Shown: positions 13,346-27,784, numbered from the stretch's first letter. The stretch: 64,000 bases of DNA from Octopus vulgaris (GCA_951406725.2 OX597820.1:82646001-82710000), one strand, 5' to 3'. Numbers and translations: made by a program. Notes: a model not told the origin generated them from the letters alone.

Positions 13346-14449
13346 ATAAAATAATGTTAAAAGAAAACTTATTGAGAACATATGCACAACTTTTATAAAA
13401 AAAAAAACATACATTTAGTTTTTGCTATATTAGAGTTCTTTTTATTAACTTACCAAATATGTTCTCAAATGTTTCTTGCACAGGGTATATACGCCAGTTG
13501 CGAGTAGAGGTTAGGGTTAGGGTTAAACGGTATTCAGTTAATCGAAATCAAGTGGGGAATCCGTTATGAGATAAATCTTTGTTCGCCATATCATTCAAAT
13601 TCAAACCCTTCTAAAAAATATTTAAATAAAAATGAAAAATGTATCTATATAACCAAGTTGGCTAGAATGAAATTTTAATACCCACTCCCTTTAATGTATC
13701 TATATTTAATACAATTGATTAATTATTCATCAACAGACTCAATTTTAACTTTGTGCAAAGTAGTCATATTTATTTTTTTGATTATTAATCATTTGTACTG
13801 TATCACTTTTTACTATTTGGCATAAAAATAACATTGAAAAGATTGGAAACTATAAGTAGAATTTACTAATTGATGAGCTTAAAATGACATATGTATTTTA
13901 AACTTAAGCGCAATGTTATTTTCGAAGACTTTGTTTTGTTAAATGTGAATGAAAACTGATAATATCCTTTGCAGCTAAACTCAGATCTAAAACCACTATT
14001 TTTTGTACTTGAACTTTGCATTTAAAAATGCTGATTTTCATCTAAAATCCTCCATCTAAATATGGTTTACTAAATATATTTGGTTTTAGAATATTGGAAA
14101 ATCGGAAAATCATTAAAAATATTAAAATTCCTAAAGTAATTCAAAAATTATAAAAGCACACACACATCCAGGTGAAAGTAACTCGAAAATACTACTGGAT
14201 AAAAGCCGCTTAAAACTTGGAACCAAATCAACGCTACCTTTCTTGTCTGCACTTTTACTGAAGTTGATTTCCTTACCAGGTCGAGTCTTCGAATTTTCAG
14301 TGATGATTTTTAGTAACTTGTATCTTCATGTTATGTAATTAATTTGATACAATTTTTGCAATCGCTGCTGAATCGTTCGTTCTTCATTTTCATTTATACA
14401 TGTAAGCATTAAGCGTTTATTCTTTTTATTTTAAAGCTTTGATAATGAG

Positions 14450-15260
14450 TGGGGTGAATTGCAATTGAAGTCATATTACGCTACAAGTGAAAAAAGTGCA
14501 AGGGCAACGGAAAAAGAAATTAACGATGTGGACAGGAACGTACGTGTGGAATAAAACGGGGTTCAGATGTTTCAAGGAAAGTGTTATCAGCCTTAAGACG
14601 AACCAAAGTCAGGGAAACCTGTTGTGAAAAGGAGACCTTCTGTTGCCCAAAATTGTTGAACAATAGCCAAGGAAAAGCATACCTTTCATAAAGCACCATC
14701 AATCGACATATCCTTAAACTCGACCTTGTAAACAGGGGCTATTGAGAAGGTCTTCATAAACTCACCGTGAGCAGGGTCCACGACATGCGAACATTTGCAA
14801 ACAAATACTGGTAGATCCCCTAGATGACACTTATTGGCGTTACATAGTAACTAGGGATGCAAACTGGATTTATTTTAGTAATGCTATACGAAATCAATGG
14901 TTGAGTTTCGGCCAAACTCCAAAACCTGATTTCAAACAAGGGCCATTTGAACAGAAGGCCATCTGGAAAAGCTTAATGGAATTTCGATAGAGTGTTGCAC
15001 TTTGAGTTTGTCCCAATGTTTATGTTGTGAAATCTTAACCTTATGCTCAACAATTGCAGCAAGTATAAGACACTTTGAAAGCCTCCTACCCGGCACTGGT
15101 AAATCGAAGACGCGCAGTTACCCCGCATATAATACCAATTTGAGGAATCGTAAACACGAGGAGCTTCAGGGGCTGGAAATGCTGATCCACCCTGCTGGAA
15201 GATATTTTGAGGAGCTAACACTTTTCGTATATAATTTGATTTAACTATTAATTAAAGCTT
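14450..15260 (+). mobile_element. mariner transposase remnant
   Basis: WRYIVTRDANWIYFSN..RNQWL resembles IVTGDEKWIYF.N..QW; LEMLIHP lies near the expected HPPYSPDL position; multiple frameshifts. Confidence 0.7.
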
Positions 15261-15829
15261 GAAATACGAAAAAATATTGAACTCAACCCGGTTAATATCA
15301 ATGTCAAACGTTAGTAGGGGTCACTGTCAAAAGTGACGACGTTTTACTTCATGAGTTACTTTGTGCTGTATTGATTTTTATGCAGTCTTCAGTATTAGCT
15401 TTATCTCATTTAGATATTTTCGGAATAACTGAGATTATGTTGGTTTAATGAAATTACAGGACATCACATTCTTTCCGATTCGACCACTTTTTTGCCTTAA
15501 TATTTTCTACTGCTCCTATTTCATCTTAGTTTATATATTTTATGTAAGAATTATTCCCCAACATGATTGCTACAAATAGCACATATGTGGTTTCAGGCGA
15601 TTTTTACACCTTTTTTATATAGCAATAACTTTTTCGAGGTTTACATAATTAGATTTCTTTGATCCGGGTCTTTTATTTAAGAACAATAGTAACAAATATA
15701 GTTAGGAAATGATGAAAATCTACTGTTTAGAATTCACATCTGTGTCTTATTTTCTTGTTTCTGAACATATATTTCATCGTTACTTTTCATTTTACCGATG
15801 CCTTTTCCAATATAATATCCCAGAATATA

Positions 15830-16001
<172 letters not shown>

Positions 16002-16510
16002 AATAAGCAAAAACGGAAGACAAACCACTCAGGATGGTCAGCAGTATCGATTGGATAAAAAACCCAATTAAATGACTACTAAGTGCCATAAAAAAAAAGG
16101 TTTCTAATTTATTGAAATTATTTTCGCTTCGAGAAGAAAATAAACGCCTAGTGATAACTGAAACAGAATCCAAATGAGAAGGAGAAATAATCAAGAATTT
16201 CTCCTGAATTGACTTGTCATTAACGAAAAGAGTTCACCTATACGCAGGGGCTGGGGTAACTCTGGAAAGGAATTTCTATCTAAATGGGCGAAGCGAAGTG
16301 CGTTTCTCTAAATCACGGATTTATTTTGTAGGTATTTAGTATAAGTTTCTTTATGGTTTTATATTTCTATCTAATCAGTCTATTTATCTACTTACTAGCT
16401 GTCTAGCTGTCTATTTGTTTGTTAAGCTAGCTACCGAGCTAGCTCTGCTAGCACACACAACCTTGTATATATATATGTTCCTTTACTTATTTTGGTTTGT
16501 TTACTTGTAG

Positions 16511-16834
16511 CTTTAACTTTAATGCAAGATGGAGCCAACCTGAACAAAATAATTTGTCAGGGGAATAATATAGCCGAATTTACGAAGCTAACAGTATACG
16601 CCGCAGCAAATTTTAACGATGAACCTGAACTTAAAATAGTTTGTAACCACACATCATGTGAAACAAGTAGTTGGTGGTCTGCCAGAGTACAGATAGACTT
16701 AATCATCAACGATACGATTGTACAAACTTCCCTGACCTTCTCATCTGATACATGTTCGGTTTCTAAACAATTCAGCTGCTTTTTGTCCTCCGATGACGAT
16801 GAATTAGTAGATTCGAAAACGTTTACTATCATAG
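16511..16834 (+). CDS. Internal exon encoding a divergent immunoglobulin V-like domain (first visible exon of the Ig-Ig-CBM14-CBM14 gene)
   Basis: Acceptor tttacttgtAG and donor G/GTAAGG; 324 nt, open, phase 1-1. Peptide ALTLMQDGANLNKIICQG...RVQIDL...TSLTFSSDTCSVSKQFSCFL...KTFTII has B- and F-strand Cys ~74 aa apart and beta-strand periodicity, but lacks the C-strand Trp. Confidence 0.8.
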
Positions 16835-18599
16835 GTAAGGTATTTTATATCTATCACATAATTCCTGTTTCCTATTACAACCCTTAGGTATTTTATTGGG
16901 AAGTTGCATGCAATTATTCCCATCTGTATTATTGATATTTACAACGAATTCGCCCATCATTAGAAATATATGATGCTAGGGCCACTTCTACCCCTCATCA
17001 TCAGCATTGTAATCATTGTCATCGTAGGTGTCAGAACTACTCATCAAGACGATTCTTCTTTCCATCATTGCCATCATCAACAATCCAACCAAGCAGACAG
17101 GAATATAATTTTCAACAATATCGACTGAAGAATTATCTGTACGCAAAATAAAATGTATGGATTCATACGAAACTTTGTGATATATTTTAAAACGTTTAAA
17201 CAGTAAACCCCTACATTGAAGATAGTCGTCATTCTTGTTTAACCTCAGATCAGCGTCGATCGGGAAGTCATAGGATTAATGGTATTCCAACCGTCAAAAT
17301 AATTTTTTTCCTTTCAGAAGCAGTGTATCTTGGAATCGTTGATCGAAAGCCATCTTTTAAGATGTTAGGATGTAATATAAAAGACATTTCAGTACTATTC
17401 CCGGCAGATCGAGTAATAGGCGTTTATCTCCTCGATATCTCGAAGTGGTTTTCTCGATGTTTCGCCCAAAGGATTCTTCGATGGAGCGTGAAGTTAGTTT
17501 GTCAACAATTAGAACTCTGAATGACAAATGAATTTCATTTTGCATCACTCGAAAAAAGAGGATCTTCTGCAACTCACACAACATCGCACACATACCTTCC
17601 ATGAAGATAATGTTACTTATAAACTGATGGCATTTTATTTTCCAAGTCTTTCACTCATCAAATCACATCCTATATTCCACACACATATATACTGTTTTCA
17701 AATTTTGGCACAAGACCAACAATTTCACGGGAGAAGATAAGTCGATTACATACAACAAACATCTTCCGCAGCATCGATATGATTTCATCTTTTTTCTTCT
17801 TCATAGGCTCTGTCACGCAACATTTCGGTACACTCTTGAACCAGCTGCATGAGAAATTATGTATTGTTACTCTCTAAAATTCTTAGATCTCGCGTAGATT
17901 CTCACTTCAGGAATGCGATATTTCCTGACCTTGTTGGTTTAAGCAGTATTATTATATTCGAGGCTTGATAGTTATGAGCTTAAAACAAATTAGCATTATA
18001 CTAATTGCATATTGCTACCATACCTGATCACAACAACGATATCTTGTAATCTTTTGATATCATCTGTATACTAGATCGCTTTTGAAATATTAGTAATGTT
18101 TGTATTTCTGTTTGAATGGCTGTTCTGAGACTCGTCTATACAAAGGTTGCAATTACTAAAAACAATAGTAGACATTAGAGATACCATGAATTATTTAATT
18201 TCTCTTAATACTTACCAATGGCTGAAATGATTGACAATTGTTTTTTAAATATATCTAAAACTAGTTTTCAATCATTCCAACGAGACTATGATCACTTAAC
18301 ATGTATTATATTATCCCACTATTCATTTCTAGAAACCATTGCTAAGTGTAATTGTATGATTCAATTATAGATTGAGCCACACTTTTGACTCCCAATCGTG
18401 AACTGAAATAGAATTATCTGAACAGAAACTGTTCTGAATGTCACTTACGAAAGTTTTAACATCTTCAAGTTCATCATTATCAGCTCATTTAAAATTGCTC
18501 ATATACACCTCCTACTCACGCACGCACATGCACATACACATATACATTAGTGACAAACTGGATGAATGAATTCTCATTGCCGAAGTGGTGGTCATATGC

Positions 18600-19200
18600 T
18601 CCATACTGCTAATGAATTAAATGTTTCACTGGCACAAGATGTCCAAGGGAGGTAGAGGGAAGGTGAGAGGTGATGAGAGGTGTGGGAGGGAGAAGGACAT
18701 CGGAACCTCAGAACTGCTTGAGAAACTTCACAATTTTTTGGATGCAGACTGTGGTGCTTTTAGAAAGACTATATGCATAGAGTCTGTAGTTGGTGTGTCG
18801 ACTGTGCACAAAATTATTAATGAACATCTGAAAAACAAAATTTGTGCAACGTTTGTTCCCAACGTGCACAGTGGCCTCTATCTTGGTAACCAACTAGTTT
18901 ACAGAGATATGTATCAAAATAGTCATTTACCTTCAGTCCAGACCTTGCTCCCTGTGATTTTGGTTGTTCTTCGAGCTGACAGAGAACTTAAGGGACAGTC
19001 GTTTTGAAGATGAAAAAAGTGGTGACAAGGTTTTCGAACACATTCACTTTACAGGAGCTCGATAGGGCCTTCACAAAGTGACTGGAATGCTAGAACAGGT
19101 GCACTGATGTCAGAAGATCCTACTTTAAAGGTGTCTAGATCTTTGTACTTTGAAATTAATGAATACATCTCTTGAAAATGTTTGAATACTTCAAGATATA
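18600..19200 (+). mobile_element. mariner transposase remnant (internally deleted)
   Basis: FHWHKMSKGGRGKVRGDERCGR (HTH region) and KICATFVP; CATTTACCTTCAGTCCAGACCTTGCTCCCTGTGATTTTGG is a frameshifted HPPYSPDLAPCDFW. Confidence 0.8.
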
Positions 19201-19659
19201 CCTTGTACATGTCTAATTTAGTGAATTTTCATATGAATTTCCACAAGAGAGGTGGTTTGTCAGAATGGTTAAGCTGTCAGATAAAATTCACTGCCGAGCG
19301 TTTTTGTGGCCCTTCGTATGTTGAATTTAAAACTCACTGGACTATTTTTATGTCTTACATTCTATGGGTTCCTTAAAGTGAATTAGTGAAGCCTCTTTTA
19401 TCCTCCGTGCTAATCTTGAAATTGCGTAGAATACTGCCGGTGACATAGAACAACCAAATACAAACATTTCCGGTAGTATTCAATAGTCTTAAGGCGCTAG
19501 CTTCCTCATGTTTTGTTGCTAATGCTGTGTAAATTATATTGAATAGCTTTCTCAGTTTCGATTTAGAAGTTTGAATGAGTCTGCAGTTTCATTAAGAGAT
19601 AAAAATTGTACTAAGATCCTTAAGCATTATAGAAGCTTCACGTTGAGATAAATATTGTA

Positions 19660-19700
<41 letters not shown>

Positions 19701-20034
19701 CTCACACAAAAGCATGCATGCACACACACTCACACAATTATATGAAACTTAAAAACAGCAGATAATATATAAATATTAAGTAAAAATGTTATATATGTAT
19801 GTTTTCCTTTTTGCTACGTTATCAATTATATGTACGTATTCTTTTACTAATTAACAATGACAAATATTCAACAGCTCATGACATAGTCACAAAAATACCT
19901 AATTGCAAATTGTTAGTAAATGTGTAATATATGCATTTGCGATGAGAATAAGAACTAATTTCTGTAAGATATATCAATGTACATAATAAACACAGAATAC
20001 TTTTATACATATATACACATACGCATACACAGGC

Positions 20035-20094
<60 letters not shown>

Positions 20095-20178
20095 ATATGT
20101 ATATTAAACAAAATGAGATAGCAAAGCTAAGGCTGTGAGGAGTTTTCAGGACATTTATTAGGAAAAAGATATTGATAT

Positions 20179-20227
20179 CGTCTTATAGCTGTTTCTGGGA
20201 TATTAGGGATATCCTTCATCAGAGACG
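20179..20227 (-). ncRNA. Type I hammerhead-like motif in a short PLE-type terminal fragment
   Basis: Minus strand: CGUCU CUGAUGA A GGAUAU cccua AUAUCC CA GAAA CAGCUA UA AGACG. Stem I (5 bp) and stem II (6 bp) are perfect, stem III is near-palindromic, and there are extra bases before GAAA. The fragment ends in (AT)n at ~20100. Confidence 0.6.
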
Positions 20228-20241
20228 ATGTATGATAAGAC

Positions 20242-20472
20242 GGCGAGCTGGCAGAAACATTAGCATGCCGGGCGAAATGCTTAGTGGTATCTTGTCTGCC
20301 GTTACGTTCTAAGTTCAAATCCCGCCGATGTCGACTTTGCCTTTCATCCTTTCGGGGTCGATAAATTAAGTACCAGTTACATACTGGAGTCGATGTAATC
20401 GACTTAATCTGTTTGTCTGGCCTTGTTTGTCCCCTCTCTGTTTAGCCCCTTGTGGGCAATAAAGAAATAAGA
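20242..20472 (+). mobile_element. tRNA-derived SINE, family B (GGCGAGCTGGCAGAA..GTTCAAATCC..)
   Basis: A/B-box-like head and core GTCGACTTTGCCTTTCATCCTTTCGGGGTCGATAAA, repeated elsewhere in the window (15830, 21350, 25295, 53748, 63210). Confidence 0.88.
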
Positions 20473-20624
20473 GACGATGTGAGATGGTTAAATAGAGGTA
20501 AATATTTGAGTTCGAAATAAAAAAAATTATGGAAAAGGAAGAGATGGGGAATGTAGAGGGAAATAAGAGAATGAAAATAAAAATAAAAATATAAAACATA
20601 CAAAGATATATTTTTTATCTTTAT

Positions 20625-20678
<54 letters not shown>

Positions 20679-22123
20679 GTGCACGCGCGTGTGTGTGTTT
20701 GGTAATGAGTACAAAAGAAGACAACACGTATGGAAATTATCTTTCCAGAGATGGTAGGTATTTGATATGTTTAGCGTCACGATTTCAATGTTTTCGGGAC
20801 TCATTCAACTGAAGTGAAGCCAAAAATATTCACAATCTCTTTCAGTCATATCTTAATATACAGAATAGCCTCTCCTGTAACATAATTTACCAATTATTGC
20901 CAGAGGAAACTTTATTTATCACATTATAGAACATAGGTTATTGAATTGAATATAATTACATATATTCAACCATGATATAAAAACCCTTCCGGGTTGTAGC
21001 ATTTGCAACTATTTAGTCCTATGTTGTGATAATACTCATAAAGTTAAAGATGAACCTTTTAGATACGTGATTATTCGAAAGGGTTTTTTTAAAAATATTT
21101 TTTCAAACGAGAGCCGTACAAGTTGTTAATATACGTCTTTCCTGCTCCAAGTCATTGTCTGTTTACAAAACCTATATAAATATTTTTATGATCGTACTCA
21201 GGTCTATTATGCGTTAAATCTTTCTCGGGAGTGGGGTTGTCTATATATTAGCATATCTGTCTAGTACTGGGATGTATTTAAGCGAACATTCTGTTCTCAA
21301 ATATTTGTCCTTGTGCTAATTTTAGAAATTAATGTTGCTGATTCATAACTATTTCTACCATAGGAACAAGACCGTAAATTTTATCGGGAAGGGAGCTAAT
21401 CGATTACACCAACCTTATTGCTCACCCGGTGCATATTTTATCGATGAAAGACAAAGTAACCTCGGCGGAATTTGAAACCTTTCGTATTTAGGCCATAGTT
21501 ATATTATATTGGAAAGGGTCGATCTATTAAATAAAACCCAATACTTATTTGGTATTCAATCAATACCTCAATACAAAATATAAGAATTACGTTGTAAAAG
21601 AACATAACTAAAAAAATTGCCTTTGGTTTTGCAATTCTGGCTCTTCACCCTGAAATGTTTGTAAAATATAGATTAATTACTTAGAGACATCCGCTGCATG
21701 AACAAACAATAGTTAAGTTAGTGTTAATGTATATAATGTAGTGAAGCTGGAAAAAATTAGAAATAATTATGCACTGAGGAAAAGATAACATGAAGTAAAT
21801 GACTTATAATTTTGGTTAGCATGCATGACAAATCTATATATGGGGAAGTCTTTTTAACCCTAAAAATCGAAATATAGGCTTTACAGCATATGCCAAAATA
21901 ATAACGAAATACTAACATAGTTAACAGCAAAACAGTCACAGTCTCTCTCCCAAGAAAGCTTGTTATCCTGACATTCCACACAATAAGTTCGACAATATAA
22001 ATATTTGTTCTATGATGTATTCGTTTTTAGTCAGTTTTCACCTCTACTCTACAACAAATGTGCTGTACTATGAGAAATCTTTATTGAAATATGTTTATTT
22101 TTTGTTATATATTAATGTTCCAG

Positions 22124-22444
22124 TTCCTCCGAAAACAGCCATATTAAAACATAAAAAAGGAATATCAGCAAACTGGCAGACAGATATCGAGTGTTTCATT
22201 ATTGGAGCCAAACCTTCAGCTGTTTGGATAGAAACACGACAGATTTTATTAGCCAATTTCAGCGAGTATAAAACTTCAGTGTATACAGATATTCAAAAAG
22301 ATGGATGCTTTTATAAAAGTCACTACCGATTTGCTGTCAAATTCCCTAATTCTTTCAACTTATCGACAATTCGCTGCGCTGTGAATATCACCTCAAACTA
22401 CAAAACCTTTTTTACTAACGAAAACGAACTGAAATTAATACCAG
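22124..22444 (+). CDS. Internal exon encoding an Ig C2/CD80-like domain
   Basis: Acceptor aatgttccAG and donor CCAG/GTACGT; 321 nt, open, phase 1-1. Peptide VPPKTAIL...DIECFIIGAKPSAVW...QKDGCFYKSHYRF...STIRCAVN...ELKLIP matches the C-x3-G-x-K-P..W and C-x-V pattern of C2-set domains. Confidence 0.85.
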
Positions 22445-22488
22445 GTACGTATAATTCTTAGAATATCTCTCTATTTTTCTATCCACAG

Positions 22489-22489
<1 letters not shown>

Positions 22490-22574
<85 letters not shown>

Positions 22575-22575
22575 A

Positions 22576-22608
<33 letters not shown>

Positions 22609-22640
22609 GTCTGTCTGTCTGTCTGTCAGTCTGTCTGTCA
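22490..22640. repeat. (TATC)n/(TGTC)n tetranucleotide microsatellite (similar at 35510, 44360)
   Basis: Directly visible. Confidence 0.97.
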
Positions 22641-23289
22641 CTTTGTCTGTCCGTCCGTTACTCTCGGTGCGTGAATACATGGGGGTACATTTTATTATGT
22701 TTGTAAGCACCGATGTTAGCTTGCCATTGCCAAATGTCGCAAGGGGATACAAATGTGACCCAGAATGTTGCTTGAACAAATGAGTTCCAGGTACACTTTG
22801 AACAAACAGGGATGAATCAAGAGATCAAAGACTGAACAAATTAGAACTTGAATTGAGTATCAGGTAGGGAAACATCAGCCTTTAATCTGTTTCTCACTTA
22901 CATTCACTGTCTTGCTCAGCTATCATAATTTCTGCTTCTTAACCCAGGAAAAATTGAATTGTACTAATTCTTATTCTTTATCTTGCCCTAATTCCTCCTC
23001 TTCCCGCTCTATTTCCCATCCTCAACTCTTCTTGTCAAGACATGTTTTAGTATACATTCAAAATTTCTGCTATGTATTTTATTCTTCTATCTATCTTCTT
23101 CTTCTTCTATCTATCTATCTATCTATCTATCTATATCTTCTTCTTCTTCTTCTTCTTCTTCTGTCTCCTCCTCCTCCTCCTCCTCCTCCTCCTCCTCCAC
23201 CACCTTCTCCTCCCCCCTCCTCCTCCTCCTTCTTCTTCTTCATCTCCTCCTTCTTCTTCTTCATCTCCTCCTTCTTTTTCTTTTTCTTC

Positions 23290-24330
23290 TTGGAGTGGGG
23301 ATTAGTTAGCCAGCTAGGACGGGCGATTAGGAAAGTGCCAGCGACAAGAATGGCCCTTGACCAAGTAGCGAAGAGAGCATTTTTAGATTCAAGGCTTGTG
23401 CGCTAAAAAGACTTACGAGAACCAAAGCTGCTCATTTGGTTGGGGTAGCGAAAACATAATCGTGTATCGGTCTTTAATTGATGGGGACGGCATGTGAAAT
23501 TCGATTTTAAGGGTATGTATGCAGCTTTGTATGAACAGTTTTCAACAGTTTGAGGTGAGCAATGTGCCGCCTCGACATGAAGTACTATGTAAGATCAGTG
23601 AGATACGAAAGGCTCTGAAAGGTTGCATGAGAGACGAAATGTCCCGTTTTGATGGTTACCCATTTGTTGGCTAGTCCTTTTTATGGTCACACGTGAAACA
23701 TATTTAGAGATCTCTTGATAGACGACTATTGCAGATACTAACAGAACGGGGTAATTCACATTTCTGAGCTGGGGCGCAGTCGAACTGTTGAAAGGGAACG
23801 TCCGAAAAGACGATTTTATCGGAAAGAAACTACTGTTATTGAAACAGCAGGATTCGTTCCATTTTAGGAGGTTGTGTAGTAGCTGTATCTGCTTGCAGAG
23901 ACGTTACCTCTTGGAACAATTTCTTTTCACAGGCTCAACCTGAAAGAGTGTTACCTCTCTTGTATGTGCTAGCACTCGTGACATTATTGTAAACGCTAAA
24001 GCTGTCGAGGAGCATAAAGGAATACGACGTAGATTCAGGAGTGAAGTTTAACTTAGTCATACAGGAGGGCGTACGGCTCAGAACGTGAAATTACAAGTTT
24101 ATGTCGTCTCGTCGAACAATATGGTACTGGACAAATGAACTGGTTAAATGACCCGTGATCTGGTTCAGGACAGGGAGTGGGATGAGGTTACAAGTAAGAT
24201 ATCACTTAGAAATGTGCTGTGAAAATGCAATGTCCAGAAGATCAGGGAGAGGTGGTAATCACATTATGGCCTTCTCCATAATTTACCACCCGACTGACGT
24301 GCTTTGCAGGTATTACAGTCAATGGAAGAG
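23290..24330 (+). mobile_element. Degenerate L1/Tx1-like LINE reverse-transcriptase remnant, preceded by a pyrimidine-rich compound microsatellite (23080-23290)
   Basis: Remnant motifs SRFDGYP (cf. SPG.DGLP) and LPLLYVLALVTLL (cf. LSPLLYVLALEPLL), plus a downstream IWF segment; many stops and frameshifts. Confidence 0.65.
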
Positions 24331-25294
24331 ACAGGAGGAGTGCAGTTTTAACATCAATAGATATCCTTTTCTAGACATGATATCTCTGCCGATATATACA
24401 AAATACATGCAATTTTTCTTGAAATGTGCCTCCATGAATCGAAACCAGATCCCAGTTGCAAGATATTGAAATAATAATGAAACATCATAATGTACATATG
24501 TTTTTGTGTTAAATGCAAAAGTGTTTTGAAATATTTAGTAAGATATTAATAAAATTATATTTCAGCGATATCCTCCAGAAACAGTTTGAAATGAATTTAA
24601 TACGGTATATCATGATTTTGATTTCGTCACAGGAAATTTAGTCATATCAAATTTGAAGAAGTCAGTCTGCAAACACTGCAACTTGTTAGAAACTCATTTC
24701 TTTTTGCTGCTGTTTGTATCCATTGATATAAATTTACTTTCATAGCAGCTGTTTAAAACAAGTTACCCTAAGTCAGACGTATGTCTGACGTAGTGTACCA
24801 AGTCGGTGAGATTTAAGACCTTGACTATCATTCAAGCAGCTAACTGAATATAATTATAACCGAATTATTATTTTAGAAAAGTTCACAAAATCGAATATTA
24901 GTTTAGACTTCCCGTTATAAAACACAATTTGGTTAAAATTTTATTATAATTTAGTTCTAATTCTTTGAAGAAGAATAAAATAAACGATACGTTAGAATTT
25001 TCTATTATGGCATGCTTGTTTTATTGCATTTATTAAAACTTAATGGAACTGTTTTTTGCTGTTACATATTCTCTCAATTTTCGCCTCAAGTTCTCATGCT
25101 TAATTTAACTTTTAACACTTGCTAATTCACATTGAAAAGTATCATCAATATCTAACAGATCAATTCAATTTACTAGTAATTCTTTTGAATTGACTGAATC
25201 GTTACAACTTATCATTTCTTCATTTCTACTTTTACCTCTAAATATAAGAAACTTCATGTTTTGGCAAATAGTCACTACTAATACTTGATAAGTA

Positions 25295-25505
25295 ATATTT
25301 CTTTCAAATTTTGGTACGAGGCCAGCAGTTTCAGAGTGGGTGAAGTCGATTACGCCGACCTCATACTCAACTGATACTTATTTTATCGGCCTCGAAAGAG
25401 TTAAAAACGAAGTTAACCTTGGCAGAATTTGAACTCAGAATGTAAAGACAGACGAAATGCCGGGAAGTATTTTACCTGGCATGCTAACTTTTCTACCAGC
25501 TCACC
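25295..25505 (-). mobile_element. SINE family B copy
   Basis: Reverse complement begins GGTGAGCTGGTAGAAAAGTTAGCATGCCAGG...GAGTTCAAATTC, matching 20242 and 53748. Confidence 0.85.
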
Positions 25506-27565
25506 ACTCATAAGTAATGTTAAATGCCAAACTTTTCACGGTCCTTGTGGCTCCAACGAACAAGGGCATAAACCTGTTTAGTAATAATCAGTGAATGAGA
25601 AAAACGTTTTCTGCTGGATAGCAGTTTAGTGTGTTACGGACATAGAAATGGTTTTTACTTAGCAACGGACGTCAATGAAATACCGCAAGTTATCAATGCT
25701 GTAAATGCTCAAAGTAGTTATTAATAAATTACAGCAACCAAAAATCTAACGGGATAAAAAAGGACAAGAGAAAGCGGTGAAGCCAAACCCAAGTACACAG
25801 CTGATGTTTATTTTATCGAGATTATATGAATGATAAGGGTATTCCTCCTCGGTGGGAATTTGACAATAGAACATATAGCAAAGCTGATGTAAAATATTTC
25901 TTCCGGTTTTTGTTTCTATCATACATTAACGTTTAAAGAATTTTATAGAATTGTAATAAACATGAATTTTATTACAAATATGTAAATGATATAGAAGCAA
26001 GGACATGGTCACGTGTTGGTCAAGTATTAACTTGGAATTGGTATCTTTTATACAGGCCATATATTCTGGCCTATAATATCCATTAAGAGCAATGAATATT
26101 ACGTATCGCATTGTAAATACTTCTAATCCTATGCACGTGTGTATGTTTGTCTTGTCTCTGAACCCAAATTTGATTGAGATAGAAAACAGATCAGAATCAA
26201 GTAAATTCGTTTGTCAAACATCCGTGATCTATTTGGAGAGAACAACAAAAATATTTTAGAGTAAGGTGACACATATTGATTGTTGTATGAAAAAGAAATA
26301 TTGATTTAATTAAAATAAGAATCGAAATAATAAACCACCCATTATCCCTATGTCACTGTCCGGGTTTCCGGCCTGTAACATCGTCCGGATCGATTTTGCA
26401 TTATTATTTCCAGCTCAGAGAAAAATAATGATTTCTTCCTTTGGAACATAGCCAGATATTTCTTGTCCGATAGTATATTCGACTGAATCAATTCCAGTGT
26501 ATACTGTTGCTTCTTTTTCGACTGCAAAGAGTCGAAAACCTATAGATGCCCGTAGTGGCATTTGAACTTAAGATCAAAAAGCATAGAATTAAAGTTGGGG
26601 ATATATTTAGTTCGATACTCTCCAGTTCTAACACATTCTTTTAAAACCGGTAAATAAAGTCGACGTGCTTTATGTCCGGACAACTCACAGTAGAGAAAGT
26701 ACTCGAATACCTATTTCTAGACTTCTTATTCGAATCTGTACAATTTTAGAAGTCCATTGTCATAGCATACCGGTTTGGCTTCATGAACACGTTAAATTAA
26801 AAATTAAAGATTCGCCTTACGGCACATGCAGTCAGTGTGTGGACATTTAATATTATCAAATGAAGTCGGATGTGTACATTACAATGTCTGTAATTCATGA
26901 GATTGGAGAATTTCTGTTTGAAGTCTTAGGATTAGTAAAGTATCTCAACGCAAAATCAGTTTGGTGGAGCCATTATATTCATATAGTAACCCCTATGATT
27001 TTAAAGATGGAACATTTCCTTCCAGTTTTGCTATGAGATAGAAGCAAACATTGAACACGATTTGTTATGCTATATTGTGTGTATTTATAGTTACGCTGAT
27101 AAATCCGTGGATACGATACTGCGCCAGTGGCGAGATACGACCTACCAACCTAATATTTGTAAGCCGATATATCTGCAGATTCGACAACAAGCAAGTCTTT
27201 ATTCTACTTAAAAGAGATGACGCGAAAATTGCGATTAATAATGTAATATATCACTTTGATCAGGGAAGCCATCTTCCCTGGAGACTATTGGAATATATGA
27301 AACTTCAACTATGACAAAGAATTCTGTGAAAGTATTAGGATAAATATATTGAAAATATTCTATATTACATAGGATGTATAAAGATCGATAAAGCAATTGA
27401 TGTTATACATATATGTATATAAATATCTAAAAGGATATGTGCTTGTATATATATACATAGCTACATAGCTATGTAGGTACTAACGTATGTATGAATCTAT
27501 ATATGTCACTTTTAATTTCCATTGTAAAAACAGAAATATTTATGACACAATATCTACAATTTCAG

Positions 27566-27784
27566 AAGATTACTGTGCTGATGGGCATATCTTCAAAGTC
27601 TACCCGTTTGATGCTTGTAGTGAATCGTTCGTGCATTGTGCAAATAACTACAGCTACATCGCAAATTGCCCAGACCATCATTGCATTGACGCAGATATCG
27701 GAATATGTGTGATGTGTGACTGCAATCAGAGCAAGTCAGTAACTGGAACATATGAGAAAAACAAATCAACTTTACGATATGAAG
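27566..27784 (+). CDS. Internal exon encoding a chitin-binding type-2 (CBM14/peritrophin-A-like) domain plus short linker
   Basis: Acceptor caatttcAG and donor GAAG/GTATGT; 219 nt, open, phase 1-1. Peptide EDYCADGHIFKVYPFDACSESFVHCANNYSYIANCPDHHCIDADIGICVMCDC shows the C.DG...C...F..C.........CP...........C CBM14 spacing. Confidence 0.82.

Noticed and set aside
13509-13525. Interstitial (TTAGGG)n-like run
   Set aside because: Fewer than three units; likely part of a dispersed repeat, with no evidence of a telomeric fusion.
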